Shown piece by piece: positions 19,865 through 31,087 of a DNA stretch of 64,000 nucleotides; positions within the stretch are counted from its first letter, which is position 1; each line of letters begins with the position of its first letter. The notes below the pieces were generated by a model that saw only the letters and a program-made list of their open reading frames with translations, made no database searches and had not been told where the DNA came from. The DNA lies in NCBI GenBank assembly GCA_963833225.1, contig CAWHXD010000008.1, forward strand, positions 1-64,000. The letters are read 5' to 3'. Source of the stretch: an uncultured Chloroflexia bacterium. Lineage in GTDB: Bacteria > Chloroflexota > Limnocylindria > Limnocylindrales > CSP1-4. The translations under genes and the position numbers were made by a program.

Positions 19865-21523
19865 GTGCGAGCCTGGACTGAGACGGACATGACCGATGCT
19901 GGTCCCGTCGTGCCGCCCTCGCGCCGGCGCCGCGTGGTCGTCGGGGCGATCGCCATCCTGGTTGCGGCTGGGCTGGTGGTCACGGCCTGGCCGGGCGCCC
20001 CGGTGTCGGTGGCCCCGACCCCCGCGGCTGCCGCGGACCCGGACTCGGTCACGATCGTGGCCGGGGAGCCGGCGTCGATCGACCCCGCCAAGCACGGCGA
20101 CCTGGGCAGCGCGTCCTACGTCAGCCAGCTGTACGAGACGCTGACCGCCGTCGGCCCCTCCCTGGGGATCCGCCCCGCGCTGGCCGAGTCGTGGACGGTC
20201 ACCGACGAAGGCCGGCTCGTCACCTTCACGCTGCGCCCCAACCTGGTGTTCAGCGACGGCTCGCCGCTCCGGGCCAGCGATGTCGTGCACTCCTGGCAGC
20301 GCCTGTTCCTGCCGGGCGATCCGTCGCCGCTCGCATCCCTCGTCGCCGACATGCGGGGCGCCCGCGAGCTGCTGACCGGGCAGAGCCGGGACGTGACGAC
20401 GCTGGGCGTCCGGGCCGAGGATGACCGGACGGTCGTCGTGGACATGGTGCGGGGTGGGGGAGACCTGCCGGCAATCGTGTCCGGGGCGCCGTTCGCCGTT
20501 GTGCCGTCCTCGGTGGGAGACGCAGAGATCATCCCGCACCCCGGGACGCTGGTCGGCAGCGGCGGCTACACGCTCGAGGGCGTCGATGCCGACGCCTTCA
20601 CGCTCAAGGCCAACCCCAACTACTGGGCCGGCAAGCCGGCGATCGGGACGGTCCGGATGCTGACGACCCTCAACGGGGGCAGCCCGGTCGACGCCTTCGT
20701 GGCCGGCGACGTGGATGTGACCGGGATCGGTTACTACGACGCGGGATGGATCGCGTATGACAAGGCCATCGGGCCGTCGCTGCGCTCGGACCCGTCCCTG
20801 TCCGTGACCTACTACGGGTTCGAGACCCGCCGGCCGCCGTTTGATGACGCCCGCGTCCGCGAGGCGTTCGCGATGGCCGTCGACTGGCGCCGGCTCGCGG
20901 CGCTTGATGAGCCCGGCTCGTCCGTGCCCGCGACGAGCCTCGTCCCGGTGGGGATCCCCGGGACCCCGGAAGGGGAGTACCTGCCCGCGTTCGACCCCGC
21001 CGGGGCTCGCGCGCTGCTCGCCGAGGCCGGCTACGCGACGGGCGCCGATCTCGGCCCGGTCTCGTTCATCGCCAATGGCGGGGGGTACGACGGCGGCGTG
21101 ATGGCCATGCTCGAAGAGAACCTTGGCGTCGACGTCCAGTACGCGGTGATGGAGTTCAACACCTACCAGGCGCGCCTCGCGACGGACCCCCCCGACATCT
21201 GGAGCCTGACCTGGGTCGCCGACTACCCGGGACCGAATGACTTCCTCGGCGTGCTGCTGGGCACTGGGTCCACCGCGAATGAGGGTGGCTGGTCCTCCCA
21301 GCCGTTTGACGATGCCATCGCCGCCGCGACATCGGCCAGTGATGCGGCAACCGCCACCGCTGCCTATGCCCGGGCGCTCGCGATCGTCCGCGACGAGGCT
21401 CCCGTGGTGCCGGTGACCTACGGAACGTCGTTCTCGCTGGTGCGCGATGGCCTGCTCGGGGCGTCGACCAGCGGCACCGGCATCCTGCGGCTGGCCGGCC
21501 TCGCCTGGGGCTCGGCGCCGTGA
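19865..21523 (+). CDS. peptide ABC transporter substrate-binding protein (family 5)
   Basis: SIDPA, LYETL, PALAESW, FSDGSPL.A.DV, PFDD.RVREAF, W.ADYP.P.DFL. Start GTG 19865 or ATG 19889. Confidence 0.92.
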   Translation: MRAWTETDMTDAGPVVPPSRRRRVVVGAIAILVAAGLVVTAWPGAPVSVAPTPAAAADPDSVTIVAGEPASIDPAKHGDLGSASYVSQLYETLTAVGPSLGIRPALAESWTVTDEGRLVTFTLRPNLVFSDGSPLRASDVVHSWQRLFLPGDPSPLASLVADMRGARELLTGQSRDVTTLGVRAEDDRTVVVDMVRGGGDLPAIVSGAPFAVVPSSVGDAEIIPHPGTLVGSGGYTLEGVDADAFTLKANPNYWAGKPAIGTVRMLTTLNGGSPVDAFVAGDVDVTGIGYYDAGWIAYDKAIGPSLRSDPSLSVTYYGFETRRPPFDDARVREAFAMAVDWRRLAALDEPGSSVPATSLVPVGIPGTPEGEYLPAFDPAGARALLAEAGYATGADLGPVSFIANGGGYDGGVMAMLEENLGVDVQYAVMEFNTYQARLATDPPDIWSLTWVADYPGPNDFLGVLLGTGSTANEGGWSSQPFDDAIAAATSASDAATATAAYARALAIVRDEAPVVPVTYGTSFSLVRDGLLGASTSGTGILRLAGLAWGSAP

Positions 21524-22836
21524 GCCACATGCTGGCGATCCGTGGCCGGGCGGGGCGCCTCGCGAGGGTCGCGGCGGCGCTCGTGGCGGCGACCGCGCTC
21601 CTGCTGCCGGCCGCCGCGCCGGCGTTCGCGGCCGGCGTCACATTCGGGCAGGCGGAGGCGGAGGTCACCTACGGCGAGGGCATCACCTTCACCATCCCGA
21701 TCACCGTCAGCGGGCCGCTCGAGCGGGTGGAGATCCGGCTTCGCTACCCGGGCAGCCTCGGACCGTTCATCGAGGAGATCGCGGTGCCGGCCGCAGGCCC
21801 GCAGACCCTGACCTACCGCCTGGACGCGACTGGCAGCGGTCACGTCGTGCCCAACACCCCGATCGTGGTGACCTGGGCCGTGCTCCCCGCGGGAGCCGAT
21901 GCGCCCGTTCTCTCCGAGCCGCAGACCGTCCTCTACGCCGACACCGACCACGACTGGCAGAGCCTCCAGGGGGACCTCGTGACGGTCCACTGGTACGCCG
22001 GCACCGAGGCATTCGCCCGCAAGGCGCTCAAGATCGGCGACGAGGCCGTCCGGCAGACCGCGGACCTGCTGGGCGTGACCGAGACGGAGCCGGTGGACTT
22101 CTTCATCTACGGAGACCAGGCGGCGTTCCGGACCGCGCTCGGACCGGGGACCCGGGAGAACGTCGGCGGGCAGGCGCACGCCGACATCCGGACCCTGTTC
22201 GCCCTGATCTCGCCGGGCGCGATCGACGACAGCTGGGTGGGGATCGTCATCCCGCATGAGCTGGTGCACCTGGTGTTCGACACGGCGGTCAGCAACCCCT
22301 ACCGCTTCCCGCCGCGCTGGGTCAACGAGGGGCTGGCGGTGTACCTCTCGGAGAGCTACGGCCCGGTGGACCGGAACCTCGTCGCGGACGCCGCGGCCAG
22401 CCGCGAGCTGCTGCCGCTCACGGCGCTGACGGGCCAGTTTCCGACCGAGCCCGACAAGACCTACCTCGCCTACGCGGAATCCGTCTCCGCCATCGATCAT
22501 CTCGTCCGGAGCTCGAGCCAGGACGCGCTGCTCACGCTGATCACGTCGTACAAGGACGGGCTCACCGACGACGAGGCCTTCGACCGAGCGCTGGGCATGG
22601 ACGTCGCGGGGTTCCAGGCGGGCTGGCTGGAGGAGCTGGGCGCCGACGTGCCGCAGCCGTACGGGCCGGTGGCCAATCCTCCAGGACCGGTGCCGCCCGG
22701 ATGGGGCGAGGCGACCGCGCCGCCGCCGGCCGCGCCGCGTGGGGACCTCGGCCCGGTCTTCGCGGCCATCGGCGGGGTGGTGCTGGTGGTGCTCGTGGCC
22801 ATGGTGCTGGCGCGGCGGCGTACGGCCCTGCAATGA
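21520..22836 (+). CDS. peptidase MA-like zinc metallohydrolase, secreted and membrane-anchored
   Basis: Signal peptide; HELVH and PRWVNEGLAVY gluzincin-like motifs; C-terminal TM. Confidence 0.88.
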   Translation: MSHMLAIRGRAGRLARVAAALVAATALLLPAAAPAFAAGVTFGQAEAEVTYGEGITFTIPITVSGPLERVEIRLRYPGSLGPFIEEIAVPAAGPQTLTYRLDATGSGHVVPNTPIVVTWAVLPAGADAPVLSEPQTVLYADTDHDWQSLQGDLVTVHWYAGTEAFARKALKIGDEAVRQTADLLGVTETEPVDFFIYGDQAAFRTALGPGTRENVGGQAHADIRTLFALISPGAIDDSWVGIVIPHELVHLVFDTAVSNPYRFPPRWVNEGLAVYLSESYGPVDRNLVADAAASRELLPLTALTGQFPTEPDKTYLAYAESVSAIDHLVRSSSQDALLTLITSYKDGLTDDEAFDRALGMDVAGFQAGWLEELGADVPQPYGPVANPPGPVPPGWGEATAPPPAAPRGDLGPVFAAIGGVVLVVLVAMVLARRRTALQ

Positions 22837-23624
22837 GTGCGCTGGTGGCGCGCGCGCGCGCCGTCCCAAGCTGGCAGCTCACGCTCGGGATCGCGCTGAT
22901 GGGCCTTGGCTTCCTCGTGGCCGCGCAGCTCGCCTCCGAGGGCCCGCGCATCCGGTACACGTCGCAGGAGCGCACGCCGCTGGTGGAGACGGCCCTGGAC
23001 CTCCAGGCCCAACAGGAGAGCCTCAAGGCGGGGATCCTGCAGCTCCGGGAGGAGATCGCCGGCTACGAATCGGCCGGCGAAGGGGGCGCTGCCGTGACCC
23101 AGGACCTCAACCGCCAGCTCGAGCAGGCGAAGATCGCCGCGGGGCTGGCCGCGATGACGGGGCCCGGGCTGGTCATCCAGCTGGAGGACTCGACCGTCCC
23201 CGTTCCCGAGGACGGCAACGAGCGCGACTACGTGGCTTCCGGCGCGGACGTGCTGGTGGTGGTGGAGGAGCTGTGGCTCGCCGGCGCGGAATCGGTCGCG
23301 GTCAACGGCGAGCGGATCGCCGCGACCACGTCGATCGTGGACATCGGCGGGTCGGTCCTGGTCAACTCGGCGTATATCGCGCCCCCGTACCAGATCGCGG
23401 CCATTGGACCGGCGGACATGTTCGACCGCCTCACATCGTCCCCGGGCTTCGTGGACTTCATCCGTGCCCGCTCGGAGACGTTCGGGATCGGCGTTGGCTA
23501 CGCGGAGCAGGCACAGGTCGACATCCCCGCCTACGCGGGCGTCGTCAACCTTCGTCACGGCATCGTCCTCCCCGACGCCTCGCCCGGGCCCGGCGGTTCG
23601 CCGTCCACGAGCGGGGCCCAGTGA
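22833..23624 (+). CDS. DUF881 family protein
   Basis: TM, coiled coil, AGL..MTGPGL.I.L.D, ELW.AGAE..AVNGERI, PPY.I.AIG. Confidence 0.9.
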   Translation: MSALVARARAVPSWQLTLGIALMGLGFLVAAQLASEGPRIRYTSQERTPLVETALDLQAQQESLKAGILQLREEIAGYESAGEGGAAVTQDLNRQLEQAKIAAGLAAMTGPGLVIQLEDSTVPVPEDGNERDYVASGADVLVVVEELWLAGAESVAVNGERIAATTSIVDIGGSVLVNSAYIAPPYQIAAIGPADMFDRLTSSPGFVDFIRARSETFGIGVGYAEQAQVDIPAYAGVVNLRHGIVLPDASPGPGGSPSTSGAQ

Positions 23625-24298
23625 TGCGCCGCCGGTCCAACATGCTCTCGTTCGCCGCGGTCCTGTTCCTGCTCGGGTTCCTGGTGGTCGTCCAGCTCCG
23701 GTACAACGCCGCGGACAATGGGTTGACCGGTCTCTCCGTCCAGGAGCTGGGCGAGCTGGTGGCCAACCTGACGACCCGCAACGACCAGCTGCGCGACGAG
23801 ATCCGGGTCCTCGAGGCGCAGCGCGCGGCGGTTGCCGGCGCGGTGGAAGGCGGCGACACGTCGGCCGTCCAGATCCGTGCCGATCTCAACCGGATCCGCG
23901 GCTGGTCCGGCGCGCTGGGCGTGGCGGGCCCCGGCGTGCGTGTCGTGATCGAAGGATCCCTGCCCGGCGACGGCGTGGAGCTCCTGCTCAACGAGCTGCG
24001 CAACGCGGGGGCCGAGGCGCTCTCGGTCGGGGAGATCAGGCTTGTGCCCGGGGTCGTCGTCACCGGACCCGCGGGCAACCTGGTCGTGGGCGGCAGCCCG
24101 CTGGCCGACCCCGTCGAGATCCGGGCGGTCGGGCAACCCGAGCCCCTGGGCGGCGCGCTGGCCCGCCCCGGTGGACCCATCGCCCAGCTGGCGGCGCGCT
24201 ACCCGGACGTCGTCGTCACCGTGAGCGTGGAGGACCGGCTCGACCTGCCGCCGACGGACCGCGACCTGGGTCCGACGCTCGGGACGCCGCGCCTCTGA
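23624..24298 (+). CDS. DUF881 family protein
   Basis: GPGVRV.I, LLNELRNAGAEA, P.EIRAVG.P..L..AL..PGG. Confidence 0.88.
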   Translation: MRRRSNMLSFAAVLFLLGFLVVVQLRYNAADNGLTGLSVQELGELVANLTTRNDQLRDEIRVLEAQRAAVAGAVEGGDTSAVQIRADLNRIRGWSGALGVAGPGVRVVIEGSLPGDGVELLLNELRNAGAEALSVGEIRLVPGVVVTGPAGNLVVGGSPLADPVEIRAVGQPEPLGGALARPGGPIAQLAARYPDVVVTVSVEDRLDLPPTDRDLGPTLGTPRL

Positions 24299-24330
24299 GC
24301 GTGTCGGCGGGCTCTGCTACTCTCGGGCCG

Positions 24331-24570
24331 ATGTCAGGCCATCCCGTCGTGGAGCTCTACCTCGGCGACCTCATCCGGCTCAGGCGTCGCCACCCCTGTG
24401 GCGGTGACACCTGGCTCGTCGATCGCCTCGGCGCCGACATCGGCCTCCGCTGCGAGACCTGCGGCCGTCACGTGCTCCTGGACCGGCCGGTGCTGGAGCG
24501 CCGGATCGCGTCGTTCGTGCGGCGCGGGGATCCCGCGATCAGCGCCGCGGTGACCCCGGTGCGCCAATGA
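24331..24570 (+). CDS. DUF951 family protein
   Basis: GD.IRLRRRHPCGG..W...RLGADIGL.C..CGR.V.L.R. Confidence 0.9.
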   Translation: MSGHPVVELYLGDLIRLRRRHPCGGDTWLVDRLGADIGLRCETCGRHVLLDRPVLERRIASFVRRGDPAISAAVTPVRQ

Positions 24571-26111
24571 TGGCGCCGCCGGCCGGGACCCTCACCGGGG
24601 AGCCCGGCCCGGACGGAGGCCCGGAGACCGCCGGGGCGTTCGAGGTCTTCCGCAATCGCCCGTTCCTGCTGCTCTGGCTCAGCCAGGTGTTCACGCAGAT
24701 CGGCGGCAACATGGTGCTGTTCGGTCTCACCGTCATCGTGCTCGAGACGACGCGCTCGAACACGGCGGTCAGCTTCCTGATCCTGACCTTCCTCGTTCCC
24801 GCTGTCCTGTTCTCGGCCGTCGCCGGCGTGTTCGTGGACCGCTTCGACCGGCGGTTGGTCCTCGTGGCGACCAACCTGATCCGCGCGGCCATGTTCGTGG
24901 TCCTGTGGTTTGCCGGCGACTTCCTGCTCATCCTGTTGCTGCTCAACGCCGCGATCTCGACCGTGACCGTGTTCTTCGCCCCCGCCGAGGCGTCGATGAT
25001 CCCGCAGCTGGTGCCGCGGCGGCAGCTGATCACGGCGAACGGCGTGTTCACGCTCACCCTCAACGCCGCGTTTGCCGTTGGCTACGCCCTGCTCGGGTCG
25101 ATCGTGGTCACCCTGGTCGGCCCGCAGGGGCTGATCCTGGTCGTTGCCGGGTTCTTCCTCGTGGCCGCGCTGTTCTGCTGGTGGCTGCCCCCGGCACCGC
25201 CGACCGCGAGGACGGCATCAGCCGCGGACGCGGAGCACCACAACCTCCTTGACTCGGACGCCGGCCGGGCGATCGGCTCGACGTTCGACCAGCTGCGCGA
25301 AGGCATCGGGTTCATCCGCGAGAACCGGGCCATCACCTGGTCGCTGGTCTACCTCGGGATTGCCGCCTCGCTGGTCGGCGTGCTCGGCGTGCTGGGGCCG
25401 GACTTCGCGATCAAGTCCCTGGGCCTCGAGGCCAAGGACTTTGCCGTGGTCGTGCTGCCCCTGGCGTTCGGCATCGTGACCGGGATCCTGTTGCTCAACT
25501 CGTTCGGGCACCTTGCGCCCCGGCGGCGGATCATCGAGGGCGGCCTGATCGCCCTGGGCATCTTCGTGTTCCTGATCGTCGGGGTGGGACCCTTGTCGCG
25601 GTTCCTGCAGTCGGCCGAGGCGGCCGCCGGCCTCGTGTCGCTGGCCGACTTCACCTCGCTGCTGGCCCTGGTGGTGTTCATCGCGCTGCTCGCCGGTGTC
25701 GCCTATGCGTTTGTCGCCATCCCCGCCCAGACGCAGCTCCAGGAGGAGATCCCCACCGACGTGCGGGGCCGGGTGTTCGGCGTGCTGAACATGCTCGTTT
25801 CCACGTCAAGCCTGGCGCCGATCGTGATCGTCGGGCCGCTGTCGGACCTCCTGGGGACCACGAACGTCCTGTACTGCGTCGCGATCGCCATCACCCTGAG
25901 CGGGGTCCTCTCGATCATCCGCCGCGGCCCGCTCAAGCCCGCCGAGGCGCGCCAGACGGCCACCGGGCCGATGACCCCTGCCGGCCTCGATCCCGTGGCG
26001 GTGGCCACCGCAGCCGAGGTGGAGGCGGGCGAGCGTCGTGCGGCGCTCAAGTCCGCCGACGAGGCGACGTCGGCGGCGATGGGACGAGGCGACCCGGCGG
26101 AGGACGAGTAG
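24567..26111 (+). CDS. MFS transporter (MFS_3/EntS-like)
   Basis: NRPFLLLWLSQVFTQ, AGVFVDRFDRR, FFAPAEASMIP, QT.LQE..P..VRGRVFG. Confidence 0.9.
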   Translation: MMAPPAGTLTGEPGPDGGPETAGAFEVFRNRPFLLLWLSQVFTQIGGNMVLFGLTVIVLETTRSNTAVSFLILTFLVPAVLFSAVAGVFVDRFDRRLVLVATNLIRAAMFVVLWFAGDFLLILLLLNAAISTVTVFFAPAEASMIPQLVPRRQLITANGVFTLTLNAAFAVGYALLGSIVVTLVGPQGLILVVAGFFLVAALFCWWLPPAPPTARTASAADAEHHNLLDSDAGRAIGSTFDQLREGIGFIRENRAITWSLVYLGIAASLVGVLGVLGPDFAIKSLGLEAKDFAVVVLPLAFGIVTGILLLNSFGHLAPRRRIIEGGLIALGIFVFLIVGVGPLSRFLQSAEAAAGLVSLADFTSLLALVVFIALLAGVAYAFVAIPAQTQLQEEIPTDVRGRVFGVLNMLVSTSSLAPIVIVGPLSDLLGTTNVLYCVAIAITLSGVLSIIRRGPLKPAEARQTATGPMTPAGLDPVAVATAAEVEAGERRAALKSADEATSAAMGRGDPAEDE

Positions 26112-26114
26112 GGC

Positions 26115-27771
26115 ATGTCGCGCGCCGGAGGTCTGGTCATCACCGGGAGGATCGCCACGCTGGCCGGTGACCGGGGCCCGGGCTGGGTCGAGGCGATCGC
26201 GATCGACGGAGGACGGGTCGTCGCCGCGGGGTCACCGGCGAAGGCAGCGGCGGCCCTGGGCGCCGGTGCCGCTCGCCTCGCGCTGGCGCCCGACGAGGTC
26301 GCCATCCCCGGCCTGACAGATGCGCACCTCCACCTCGCCGAGGCCGCGCTCGCCCGGGCCCGGGTGCAGCTCGAAGGGACGAGCTCCATCGACGCGCTCG
26401 TGGCTCGGGTGCGGGCTGCCGCGGACGTGCGCACGGATCCCGGCGCATGGGTCGAGGGTGCCGGATGGGATGCCGACACGCTCGGCCGGTGGCCCACGGC
26501 GGACGACATCGAGCGTGCGGCGCCCGGGCGCCTGGTGGCGATCTGGGCCCACGATCACCATGCGCTGCTGGCCAGCCGGGCCGCGCTGTCCGCCGCCGGG
26601 ATCGATGACCGGACGCCGGATCCGGACGGGGGCGTCATCCGACGCGACGCCCATCGGCACGCGACGGGGATCCTCCATGAGACGGCGGCGGCCATGGTCG
26701 CGAGGCTGGCGCCCCCGGCCACCGAAACCGAGGTCGCCGACGCGCTCCTGCCGCTGGTCGGCGAGCTCCTGGCGCTGGGCGTCGTCGCCGTGCATGACCC
26801 GGGAGGGCTCAGCGAGCGCACCGACCTCGGCGGGTCGCTGGCCGCGTACCGCTCCCTCGCGGCGGCGGGGTCCCTCGCGATGCGGGTCCACGCCTGCGTG
26901 CGGCCCGGGCAGCTGGAGGCGGCTGGGGAGGCGAGGTGGCGCAGCGGTGCGCCGATCGGCCCGGACCCCCTGGGCCGCCTGCGCCTGGGCTGGCTCAAGA
27001 CCTTCGCCGACGGATCGCTCGGGTCGCGCACGGCGGCGCTGCTCGCGCCACTCGAGCGCGCCCCGGACGAGCCCCAGCCGCCAAACGACGGCTTCGGCGT
27101 CTGGATGACGCCGCCCGACGAGCTGCGCCGGCAGGCCGGCCTTGCGGCCGGCCTCGGGATCACCACCCAGGTCCACGGGATCGGGGATGCCGCGGTGCGG
27201 GCCGCGCTGGATGCCCTGGCGCCGACGGTGGGCCGGACGGCGCTGATGCCCAGGGTGGAGCACGCGCAGCTCGTCGATCCCACGGACATCCCGCGGTTTG
27301 CCGGGCTCGGGATCGCGGCCAGCATGCAGCCCGTCCACCTGCCGGTCGGACGCCGCGAAAGCCCGGCGGCTGTGGGGCCCCCGGGCCGACGCGTGGACCT
27401 TCGCGCTGGGCGCGCTCGACCGGGCCGGTGCCGTCATCGCGTTCGGCACCGACGCGCCGGTGGAGCCGGTTGACCCATGGCCGGGTCTGTCCTGTGCGGT
27501 GACCCGCGCCGCTCCCGGCTGGCCAGCGGGGATGCCGCCGCTTGGCCCCGGTCACGCGCTCCCGTTGTGGCGAGCCATCCGCGCCGCGTGTCTCGATCCC
27601 GCGCTGACGGCCGGCGAGCACGATCGCGGGAGGCTGGTCCCAGGGCACCGGGCGGATGTCGTGGTGCTGTCGTCGGCGGCGGTGGCCGAACCGGTCGAGG
27701 TCGGCGGCCCGCTGTGGGGCGCCCGCCCCAGACTGGTCCTGGTGGACGGCGAGGTCGTGTCGGAGCGATAG
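26115..27771 (+). CDS. amidohydrolase, YtcJ/amidohydro_3 family, frameshifted near 27342
   Basis: PGLTDAHLH, K.FADGSLGSRTA, HGIGD, RVEHAQ, SMQPVH; continues as FGTDAPVE...GRLVPG..AD.VVL after one extra C. Confidence 0.88.
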
Positions 27772-27811
27772 CGGGCCGGCGGGCGCTCAGCCGCGGCCTG
27801 TTGGCCGGCGC

Positions 27812-29180
27812 TCAGCCGTCCAGCGTGGCCTTCGCCTCGGCAAACAGCCCGTTGAGGATCCGCGAGGTGGACGGGAACGCGTGGATCGTTTCCGCGAGCA
27901 CATCCACCGGCACGCGGGCCTTGATCGCGAGCACGCACTCGTGGATGGCCGCGGAGGCGTCCGGGCAGGCCATCGCGGCCCCCACCAGCTCCCGCGTGGC
28001 CCGGTCAACGACGATGGTCACGTGCCCGGTCTCGGCCTCGACGGAGAACCCCTTGGCGGTCTGCGGGAACGCCGCCACGCACTCGAAGGCGTCGAGGCCC
28101 CCGGCCAGCGCCTGGTCCAGCGTCACCCCGACCGACGCGGCCTCGGGATCCATGTAGGTGGCCCGGGGCAGCGCGCGGTAGTCGGGAACCACGTCCTCGC
28201 CCAGCGCCATCCGGACCACGAGCTCGCCCTGGTAGTGCGCCTGGTGCGTATGGAGCTCCGGGCCGGCGGGGTCGCCGGCGATCCACAGGCCGTCCGCCAG
28301 GCGGAGCGAGCCATCACGCTTGTAGGCATCGGGGCCGGAGACCTGGACGCCGTAGTGCTCGAGACCGAGATCGCCCAGCGGGAACGCCCGGCCGACCGCC
28401 AGCAGGATGGCATGGCCCTCGGCGGTGGAGCCGTCAGAGAGGTCGATCACGTGGGCGCCGTCGCGGCCCATGCCCGCCCTCGCCCCCACCGCCCGCACAC
28501 CGGTCCGCACCTCCACCCCGTCCTGCTCCAGCGTGAACCGGATGGTCTCGGCGCTGCGCGGATGCTCCGTGGGGACCAGGCGCGGCCCGGACTGGACGAT
28601 GGTCACCGGGACGCCGAAACGGGCATACACCTGGGCGAGCTCGCAGCCGGTGGGACCGCCGCCGAGGACCAGCAGGCTGCGCGGGAGCTCGCGCGCCAGG
28701 GTCGCCTCGCGGTTCGTCCACGGCTCGGTTGCCGCCAGGCCCTCGATCGGGGGAACCTTGGACGTCGAGCCCACGGCGACCACGACGTTCCGGGCGTGGA
28801 TCTCGTGGGCGACACCGTCGTGGGCCACCTCGACAACGCCGCGACCCGAGATCCGGCCCGTTCCGCGCCACGTGGTGGCGCCAACGTCGGTCAGCCGGCC
28901 GACATGCGAGGTGTCATCGGGCTCCTCGGCGCCGGACGGTCGGTTGACCATGTAGTCCCGTCGCGCCGAGGCGCGCGCCCAGGGATAGTCCGCACCCGAG
29001 GCATGTCGCTCCGCCGCATGGAGGAGGGCTTTCGATGGGACGCAACCCACGTGGGGACACGAGCCACCAAACCAGCCGCGGTCCACGATGGCCACGGAGG
29101 CGCCCAGCGCCCGGGCCTTGTTGGCGGCTGCCTCACCGGCGGGGCCGGCACCGATCACCACGAAGTCGAGGAGTTTCCAT
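27812..29180 (-). CDS. pyridine nucleotide-disulfide oxidoreductase (Lpd/MerA-like group)
   Basis: GAGPAG, GGSCPHVGCVPSK redox disulfide, GGGPTG.E, C-terminal HAFPS. Small frameshift in the first codons near 29172. Confidence 0.88.
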
Positions 29181-29202
29181 GCCCGACATCGTCACCCGCG
29201 AG

Positions 29203-30019
29203 TCAAGCGGCGCCGCGCTGGCGCCGCGCCTCGTAGAGCAGCACCGCCGCAGCCGTCGAGACGTTGAGGCTGTCGGCGACCCCCAGCATCGGCAGCCTGA
29301 CGGCGGTCACCGCCGGGTGGTCCCACGCCGCGCCGAGCCCCTCGGCTTCGCTCCCGAGCACGATCGCGATCCCGCCCGTGAGGTCGACATCGGTGTACGG
29401 GGCCGCCGCGTCCACCCGGGCGATGACGAGGCGGATCCCCGCGGCCAGCAGCGTGTCACGGACCTCGGGGCTGGCGCCGGCCGCCAGCGGCACGGCAAAG
29501 ATCGTCCCCAGCGAGGCGCGCACGGCGTTGGGATTGAACAGGTCCGTCCGGGGGTCCGCGGCGACCACCGCGTCCGCACCGGCGCCGTCGGCGCTGCGGA
29601 GGACCGCACCCAGGTTGCCCGGCTTCTCGACACCCTCGAGGACGACCACGAGGGGATGCTGCAGGCAGCCCGAGGGCAGCGAGCGAGAGGTCCGGGATCG
29701 CCGCCGTCGCCACCACGCCCTCGGAGCGGTCCCCGTAGGCCAGGTGCTCCAGCACAGGGCCCGAGACGCCGATCACGACGGCACCCGATGCCTCGGCCCG
29801 CCCCACGGCCGTCGTGCCCGCCGCCGACAGGTGGGCCTCGTCGACGTAGCACTCGACGACCCTCGCGCCGCCGTCGAGCGCGCGCGTCAGCTCGCGCACG
29901 CCGTCGATGAGCGTCAGGCCCGCCGCGTCTCGAGCCCGCCGGTCCCGCAGGGCCGCCGTGGCCCGGATCCGCGGGTTCCGGGTGCTGGTGATGGGCGCGT
30001 CGGCGTGGGGGGGCGGCAT
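29203..30019 (-). CDS. TrmH/SpoU family RNA methyltransferase, frameshifted near 29660
   Basis: ITS..NPRI N-terminus; EKPGNLGAVLRSA, GSEAEGL, SLNVSTAAAVLLYE. Confidence 0.88.
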
Positions 30020-30027
30020 CGACGCCT

Positions 30028-30864
30028 TCACCGGTGCGGGCCGCGCGCCCAGGCACCCAGCGGCAGCCTGGACCCGAGGCGGCTGTCCACGATCATCGCC
30101 TCGCCCTCCGCGGGGACACCGAAGTGCTCGCGGACCAGGGCGCCGAGCCGGTCACCTTCGAAGCCTGGCGTGTGCGCGCTCAGCAGGACCAGCGAGGGAC
30201 GAGGGCCGGCGAGCGCCGCCAGGTCCGCCAGGAGCGGCTCGAGGTCGGACTCGATCCGCCATGCGCCGTCGCCGTGGCCGTACGTCGGCGGATCGAGCAC
30301 CACGCCGTCGTAGTGCCGGCCGCGGCGCCGCTCACGCCGCACGAACGCCCGGGCATCGTCCACCAGCCACCGGACCGGGGCGGCCTCGAGACCGGAGAGC
30401 TCGGCGTTTCGACGCGCCCAGGCAACCGCGGGCCGGGACGCGTCCACGTGGACGACCCTGGCCCCGGCCTCGGCGCAGGCGAGCGTTGCCCCACCCGTGT
30501 ACGCGAACAGCGACAGGATCTCGGGTGGCCGCCCAAGGGCCTCGGCGCCGCGTCGCACCTCGCGCCCGAGCCAGGCCCAGGTCTGGACGTGCTCCGGGAA
30601 GATCCCCAGCTGGCCACCCGCCGCCGGCCGGCACTCCAGCGTCAGCGCTCCGCCGCGCACCGGCCACGGCAGGATCGGGTCGCCCCGGGCCGGGCCCTTG
30701 CGCACCCAGGCGCCCCGCTCCCAACGCAGGTCGGCCCGTGCCCACTCGGCAGGAGGCAGACGCGGGATCCAGTCCGCGACGGGCGCCGGCCGGTCGACGA
30801 GGAACGAGCCGAAGCGTTCCAGCCGGCGGCCGCCCCCGCAGTCGATGAGTTCAAGATCGGGCAT
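30028..30864 (-). CDS. class I SAM methyltransferase, RlmI/RlmK-like
   Basis: ELIDCG.GRRLERFG, GIFPEH, LSLFAYTGGAT, LDPPTYGHG. Confidence 0.88.
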   Translation of the reverse strand: MPDLELIDCGGGRRLERFGSFLVDRPAPVADWIPRLPPAEWARADLRWERGAWVRKGPARGDPILPWPVRGGALTLECRPAAGGQLGIFPEHVQTWAWLGREVRRGAEALGRPPEILSLFAYTGGATLACAEAGARVVHVDASRPAVAWARRNAELSGLEAAPVRWLVDDARAFVRRERRRGRHYDGVVLDPPTYGHGDGAWRIESDLEPLLADLAALAGPRPSLVLLSAHTPGFEGDRLGALVREHFGVPAEGEAMIVDSRLGSRLPLGAWARGPHR

Positions 30865-31087
30865 GGCGTCATCGTCGCACGGACGGAGCGGAGACCGCGG
30901 CCAGCCGGGGTGCGGATGGAAGAAGGCCCTTCTCCGGGTGGCGAACGTACTGGGAGGTCCATGACCTGCTCGATCTGCCCAGATCGCCAGAGGATGGGGC
31001 TCCGTCCGTCCCTCCGTTGGTTCGTCCCCGCGTACGATGGTGAGGCGTCGCGCCGAGACGCAGGGGCGCCAATGCGGAGACGAGGAC

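Noticed and set aside
27812-29180. Mercuric reductase (merA) or true dihydrolipoamide dehydrogenase
   Set aside because: There is no C-terminal Cys-Cys pair or mer genes, the HPT..E motif is replaced by HAFPS, and no 2-oxoacid dehydrogenase genes are adjacent. Left as a family-level call.
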